Below the pieces are notes generated by a model. It worked only from the letters and a program-made list of their open reading frames with translations, made no database searches and had not been told where the DNA came from. A stretch of 64,000 bases of DNA from the human T2T-CHM13v2.0 reference genome, Homo sapiens. Shown here piece after piece: positions 56,805 through 64,000 of the stretch (the first letter of the stretch is position 1; each line of letters opens with the position of its first letter). The position numbers and the translations under genes are program-made. The DNA lies in the NCBI RefSeq assembly GCF_009914755.1, contig NC_060938.1. One strand, 5' to 3'.

Positions 56805-59184
56805 AAAAGTAAGGTCAGAAATTGACTTGGATACTGAAATCCAGTTTAAGCTTTCAAAGGTTTTCTAGCAGGAGAATAACATGATTAGGTATGTGCTTGA
56901 GAAAGATTAATCACCAAAAGACTTTATGCTAACACTAGGATATTAAATATTATGGCAACATTAAAAATAATTGAACATAATCCTTTTAAACAGGAATGGA
57001 CTTTTAGAACCAATTCTTTTCTCATCTGAATTGAATTTCAGCAACCAAATCCAATGGAGCTGGCTTATCATACATAAGAACAAACTGTGGCATTTGAAAG
57101 ACTGAAAAAGGAAAGAACGCATTTGTCAGTTTTTCTGAAGACAATACACGTTTTCATTCAATTCAATAAATATTTACTGCATTCAGCAATATCCTAGTTG
57201 CTGAGACATGAAGATGAATAAGATAGCATATTTCTGTGTTCTATTGCTCCAGAGAACCACAGGGCATAGTAGGCAAGACCGACATCTAACAGTTATTTTT
57301 AATAAATGTGATATATATGAGCCATTCTTTGTGCTCTATTTCAAATCTTGCCTCTCTTCCAAATTTATGCTGCCTAGTATATGCTAACACCTCATTCCTG
57401 AGTGCCTTTATCTGATTTTATGGTGAAGGAAGAAATGATACTTTCTTCAAAACAACAGCCCTATGTTAAAAAAAAAAAAAATAGGTAGTGGCTAAGGAAA
57501 CAAAAGAAGTTAATTTAACAGTTACTACTAAAAGTATTAAAAAGAAAAAGAGTGGGCAGTGGGGAAAAAAGAGACAGAAACAGAGGTGGAGGAAATAAAA
57601 TGAATTCCCATGCCAGCCAATCCCGGAAGTCACACAGCTCCCAACACCACTCATGCCAAAGTATGCCTAGCACTGTCTTCTTTCAGGATCAAAGTTCCCT
57701 TAATACCAGTGTGAGTAAAGGAGAGGAAAATGGGGAAGAGAAAAAAGATCAACATGTGAATCTGATCAACAAGACACCACTCCCAAATATTCACAAGTAA
57801 AGCTTTTTGTAAGACTGCAAATTAATTTGACTCTACAACATTTAAAAAGAATGACCCCAAGATAAGGGACAGGACAAATGGAAAATCAATTATTTGTAAA
57901 GCCTCTATTTCATCCTGAATAATTAGTGAAGAAAAAAAGCCACTTGTTCAATTTATTCCTTTTTCCCAGTTTTATGATATCTGAGAAAACCTCTTCTAAA
58001 TTTTAGGACAAAAAAATTAACCATAAATTATTAATGTTTATACTAGCTAAACTGTCAGTTATTGGTATACCATATACATGATACAATAGTTGTAGATTTA
58101 CAGTTACATTTTTATATATTTACATATATATAAAACAAACTTTTTAGTATACTAGAATAAACATGTGTACTGCAAAATTATGTGGATGTTTACATTATAC
58201 TCATTTTACAGAACATAAAGAATAATTTTAAAATTTTAATCATTTTTAAATAATTAAAAGTTTTTATAACTTTGAATTAATGAAAAATTCATTTTAATAT
58301 AAGTGTTTTGTTTATAAAACTTTGGTATGCACACAATTAATTACAATATTTCTTATATAAAAACACACAAACCAAACTGCAATGATGTGTTTCATAATAC
58401 AGTTTCCAGAAGCACAGTACAGTGAAAAGTAGCAATTGCCTAAATGTATCAAAATCATATACTGCAATGATAATGATATTTCAAACACAGGCATATAAAG
58501 TTCCATTCTCTCCAAGGGAAATGCAGTAACATTAAAGCTAATAAGTGGTAGACAAGCCAATGATAGAACGCCACTTGAAATATAATTCAATTAATTATCT
58601 ATAATACTGACCCTATGAACAAAAATTAAACTAATCCCTGTCCAAAATATGACTTCTTTAAAATAGGGACAAAATGAAAATATTGAATGAATATAAACGC
58701 TGCATCTAAATGGGATACAAATACCACAGTGAGAAAAATAGCTGACTCAAGTGTAAAAACATATATATACATATATATATAAATTGTATTCCTATTTTGT
58801 ATTTATTGAAATCAGACTGAGTTCTAGCTTGTTGGAACGTTTTACAGTTTCCTTGTGACCAGTTAATTGCATTTAGAGATGCTTTAGTTTTAACTAAACT
58901 AAAATGGAGTAGATGCTTTAAAAAATCTTCAAAGAAATTGTATATTGCATATAACATTACTGATGTGTGTATATGTATTTATAAATGTGATATTAAGATT
59001 AACATGAATTCAACCGACATTCACTTGGGTGCCAACTATGGACACAAGGCTGCTCAAGGGCAATGAAAAATACAAGGCAAGTTCCTGTTCTTCAACTAAA
59101 AGAAAACCTGATTACTGGCACTGTCATGTACAACCCAATAGCAATCAGTCCCCATTGCCACCTCCCTCTAACATGTTCTCCTAT

Positions 59185-59631
59185 CATATGGAAATCCCAA
59201 AACTGAATACTCAGCACTCTCTTGAGGTTTTGGGATAAACCTCAAGGTTTATCCCAAACCTTGATAACCTAGATAAATCTAGGAGATTTAACCTAGATAA
59301 ATCTCTAGGTTTTGGGATAAAAATTAGGATCTGTCAATTAGATGCAATGTTTAGAGATTTGGAATGTGGAAATGAGGCAGGGACCATATTCTTGCTAATT
59401 TGGGCATACTAGTCATACAGTATAGTCATACTGTATGCTACTAGTCATACAGACATTATTTATTTTGTTCTGTAGTGGATCTCGCCCTTTGTCCTAGCTA
59501 AGAGGCCTTTGCAGCAGCAGCTTCCCAATCCCTGGAAGCCTAAGCAGGGCCAAGTCTGCCAATGATATTATAAACACTTACTAATAGAACACTAGAGCAG
59601 TTTTATTTCCAGTACTAACCCCTAACTGATA
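59185..59631 (+). mobile_element. Old ERVL LTR fragment (LTR33-like)
   Basis: ggatctgtcaattagatgc...gagatttggaatgtggaaatgaggc and an end aacccctaactgata resemble LTR33 as recalled; left edge uncertain. Confidence 0.5.
59221..59321. repeat. Cluster of overlapping inverted and direct repeats
   Basis: Perfect 14-bp arms tttgggataaacct/aggtttatcccaaa with a 2-nt loop; aacctagataaatct twice; aggttttgggataaa twice. Confidence 0.95.
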
Positions 59632-61464
59632 TTATAAAGTTTTGCTTTTATTGAATAAACTAAAGAATTAACAAATTTAATGGAGTTTCACCTGAAATTT
59701 TCAGATTCTCAATCAAGCCATCCCCTACTCATCTCTATTGGGAAATTAGTTTGACATATGCTTGCATGTCTTGATGAACTTAATTTATTCATTTCAGTAT
59801 AATTTGAGTGTTTCATGAACTGATACTGAGAGCACAAGTAATCAATTTTCCACAGTCAGAACTAAGGCAAGTCTCTTTGAATAAAAGAACTCCAATCAAT
59901 CAAAGGAAGTCTGGGAGCCCTGAACTATACCTACATGAAGCTAAATTAGGCTGTCATTCATTGAGACCATACCATTTCAAATGGTGTTTTTTAAAGTAGT
60001 GATTGGTTGAAAGTAGAATACTATATTAACATTTTAGTCAATTCTTTTCAACTCAAGCAAAACTACTAACAATCTTTAAAACTTGATTCAAATTCTTAAT
60101 GAGTGAATTAGCAGACAAATAAAACATCAGGGGCCATGGTAATAACCATATCCCATATATTATTCCTTTAAAATATAGCCTACTGTCTTCTCTATCATTC
60201 TAATTTTGACCACATATGCCATTATCATTTTCTTTTTGCCAAATGGAGCAGAAACACACAAACAATATCAATCCCAAATAATAGGTTCTTCAGTCTTAGT
60301 GATTAAAAATAGTTATTTCCAAACAAATCCTACGAGAGGCTTCATACAACCTCTTTGTACTTTTTAATAAAACATGATACTAAACTTAAGCAAACTACAG
60401 AAAATCATGTTCTATTAATTAAATACACTCATCTCTTTGGGAAGAAATAAAATATTAACTTCTCTTTCATTCACTAGATGTTCACTACATGGAAGATTTT
60501 AAATACACATTTCTTCAGAGTGTTTAACTTAAAACACAAGGGACATGTAATTAACATCTAGGCCTCAGTAATGCACGAGGGAAATTCTGACCCTGGAACA
60601 CATATCTCAAAGTACATTTCTGTTTTCTTAATTTATCTCACACCCTATTAGACTGATAATTTCAATACTGCAACTCTGATGTTTAAAGTAGGCACTTTGG
60701 GAGAAGAAAATTTTAATAAAAATAGGATAAAACTCTTCTGCTTAAAGTAGATTGGTATTTGAGACTGCTTTTGATTGAGGTAGAACAACTTGGTTATACA
60801 TTTGCTATGAAATGCGATAGGCCAAAGCAAGTATCAATAAAAGACATACACCTATATCTCACCAATATTAATGTGGCAGCAGAGAAGACTAAGAGAAATT
60901 ACACAGATCAATTTAAAAAAAAGTTATTCTGAAATATAAAACAAATATTGAGGGAGAGAAACTAAATATAACACAACACCTAATATTATTGGCTTACATC
61001 ATTATAGAGCATTATGGTTTATTTGAAAGAGAATAGACACATTATCTCACATAATACAGTAACTTTGTGCACTTGGAAGAAAGCAATTTTTCTATTTTAA
61101 ACATGAGGAGGAAACAGAAACTAAGGAAAGCTATATAGATGAGAGACCTTGTTTTTCAAAAATAAATATTGTTTCAAATAAATATAATAATCTTTTTTTT
61201 TATTCAAGTAGACATGGAAAGGGGTGGCTTTGGGTGATTTTTCTTTAATCAGGCCCTCAATAAAATGCATCAACACCTTCCCCATAAAGCCACCCAATAT
61301 TCAAATAATTAAAGTAAAATCAGGGTACTTTCTATGCCACTAAGAATTCAAGACATGGCTCCTAACCCAATTTCACACCATCCAATCACATTGCCACCTA
61401 TTAATTTCTACTTATGTTTAAATTAAGTAAAATTAACTATTAAAGTTAAAAATTTAGGTCAATT

Positions 61465-64000
61465 TGAATTCAAGATGGCTAACTAGAGACACAGACACCC
61501 GCTCTCTGCAGAAGCAAGAACCAAAATTACAAATAGAGTCTCATACCTCAAATAGAACATCGAGGAGAGAACACTAGAGTTTAACAGAGAAGTCTCAGGA
61601 AACACCAGGGGCTAACAAGGTACAGGAAGTAAGAGACCAGCTCAACTGGGATCAGCTGAAGACCCAGCGGGGCTAGGTTTTACAGAAAAAGGGTAAGTGA
61701 GAGAACTTCAGCTGTTCACATTCCCACCACAAACTGCTGCAATCTGAAACACTGGAGAGCTCCTTTATCCACATGAACCCTAACACTAGCAAGGACAGAG
61801 ATCTGAACATCCCGTAAGGGCCCTGCACCAGACGGGAACTTGTGCTAGGTTACTCACCCCAACACAGAGACCTAAGCAGCTACAGCTGGGTGCCACTGTG
61901 AGAGCACAGCCATCATAGGTCTACATCCTGCCCTGGAACGACAGTCCCAACATCTACACATCCTGGGTGCCCACGGACATCTCCCTGTGTCCCCCAGAAG
62001 GCTACAGCAGCACAGAACTGGCTGAACCCAAAGATAGTGCAGGGTCCCTAGTACTCTAGCACACAGGAAGTATGTCCCAGGGAAAGAAGGATAGAGCACA
62101 TCAAAAAAGCAGCCCCTGAAACAAAGGATACCAAGGCAAGCACCTTCCAGAGCCCAAGAACTCATTGTCTGGGACCAGGAGAAGTGACCCCACCACCAGT
62201 AGTGGCACAAACTCTATGCTTGGCCTCACAAGCAGAGAGTGAGATCCCCTCCCACTGGCAGTGGTCTCTGTGCTCAGACTCACAAATAGAAAAGTGAGAC
62301 ACCTTTTGCCCTTCTGCAAACTGCTGCAGGCACAGCCAATACAGTAGCCAGATGTCTGCCTGTATGGGGCTGTGCATGGCAACTATGCCCCACTGGCAGC
62401 ATAACCTCTGTGCCCAGGCTTGTGTAAGGTCAGGATCCCTCCCCACCTCTGCATGACTCTGCAGTACTGTTGCCATAGAAAGCAGGAGAGCCTGAGAGCT
62501 GCATGTCTGGGCTGTGTGTGGGAACCCTGTACTGTACCTACCAACAACACCAGCATACACCTGTTGGAACCCAGAGGGTCATCTCACCACTGCTACTGCC
62601 ATCACTCATACCGCAGCACCTGCTTAGGGATCTGAGAACACAATCACCAACCTGGACCACCGCTACCACTACCTGCATGCAAGCAAGCCATATGAAGACC
62701 CAAAATCTGCCCTGGAGCCCAAGATCAGGCATGCTCGGCCCACCATTGCCACTATGAAGACCGAAAGACTTACCTACCTGACACCTTTATCACCAGGAAA
62801 AATTCACCACAGCCTCCACTAATAACTGTACCCTAAACCACCAAGAAAACAATGGATACCACTGACGCTGTTTACAGCTGAAGAAATCATACAGAGACTA
62901 TGCTACCACATGCACCCAGAATAAAAGCCTAAGGGCCCTTCCCAACCAACGCCACTAATGTGTCTTCAGGAAACATTCCTCCCCTATGAAAGCAAATTCA
63001 AAAAGTTGGAAAAAAACAACTATTACGACAGATATACAGATATCAATGTAAGAATGCAGGAAGCATGAAAAAGCAAGGAAATACAACACCTTCAAAGGAA
63101 AACAGTAATTCCCTAGCAAACTATCTCAATCAAAAGGAAATTCACAAAATTCTGAAAACACAATTCAAAATTGTGAAACTAAAGCAGCTCAGTGAAAGAC
63201 AAAAAAATTACAAACAAATAATAGAAGGAAGTCAGAAAAACAATTTGGGATATAAATGAGAAACGTATGAATGATACAGATATCATAAAAATGAACCAGA
63301 CAAGAATTCTGGAATTGAAGAATTCCTTGAATGAAATACAAAACACACTTGAAGTCGTCAATAACAGACTACACCAAGCTGAAGAGAGAATCTCAGAAAT
63401 TGAAGACCAGTCCTTTAAAATGATTCAATCAGAATTTTAAAAAAAAAGAAGAAACAGAGCAGACATGATATATGAGATACCAAAAAGTGACCAAATATAT
63501 GAATTATCAGTACACCTAAGGTGAGGAGGAAAGAAAGTGATTCAAAAACCTACTTAACAAAATAATAGATAAAAACTTCTCAAGTCTTGAGAAATATTTA
63601 GACAACAAGATACAGATGGCCCAGGGATCCCCAATAAGATACAATACAAAAAGATATTCTCCATGGCACATTATAGTCAAACTGTCTAAAGTGAATCACA
63701 AAGAGGAAATTCTAAAACCACCAAAGAGGAAAGCATCTAATCACTTATAAATGAGCCCACATCAGACTAACGGTGAACTTCTCAGCAGAAACTTTATATA
63801 CCAAGAGGGAATGGGAAGATATATTTGAGGTACAAAAGCAGGGGAAAAAGCATAACCAATAATATTATTTTTCATATATAAAAAAAAATTGTCTCACAGA
63901 CAAGCCAAACCTAGGGAATTCAAAACCACTACACCACTATTGCAAGAAATGCTCAAGGGAGTCTTAAACCTGAAAGTGAAAGGACAGCAGTTACCACAAT
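61465..64000 (+). mobile_element. Old LINE-1 (L1M/L1MA) 5' UTR and degenerate ORF1, continuing past the window end
   Basis: caagatggctaactaga start, GC-richer 5' UTR, then ORF1-like MKKQGNTTPSKENSNSL and atcagactaacggtgaacttctcagcagaaac. Confidence 0.9.

Noticed and set aside
61872-62757. Several Cys/Trp-rich ORFs
   Set aside because: They lie in the GC-richer 5' UTR of an old L1 and are chance ORFs.

Overview
This is AT-rich human genomic DNA (a young AluYb8 indicates Homo sapiens) from the interior of a large minus-strand gene. I recognise it from the translated peptide as CEP128 (centriolar subdistal-appendage coiled-coil protein, chr14). Five internal coding exons have canonical AG/GT boundaries: 46874-47224, 39008-39658, 31996-32160, 15553-15729 and 11011-11070. 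All are phase 0-0 and splice into one open frame of 468 codons. The rest is intron filled with L1, L2, MIR, Alu/FLAM and solo LTRs (MLT1, MLT2A, MER50, MER11, LTR33-like), microsatellites and a 34-nt U2 snRNA retrocopy. Nearly all other ORFs in the track are repeat-derived or chance. I see no new gene system. The most unusual structures are: two adjacent palindromic templated-insertion scars (~59.2-59.45 kb); stop-free, in-frame exon blocks bracketed by inverted Alus (possible endless-ORF circRNAs); a twin-primed L1 missing about 1 kb at its inversion junction; a ~150-bp local duplication; and a possible intronic polyadenylation isoform. Repeat subfamily calls are from memory of consensus sequences, and coordinates of old repeats are approximate.
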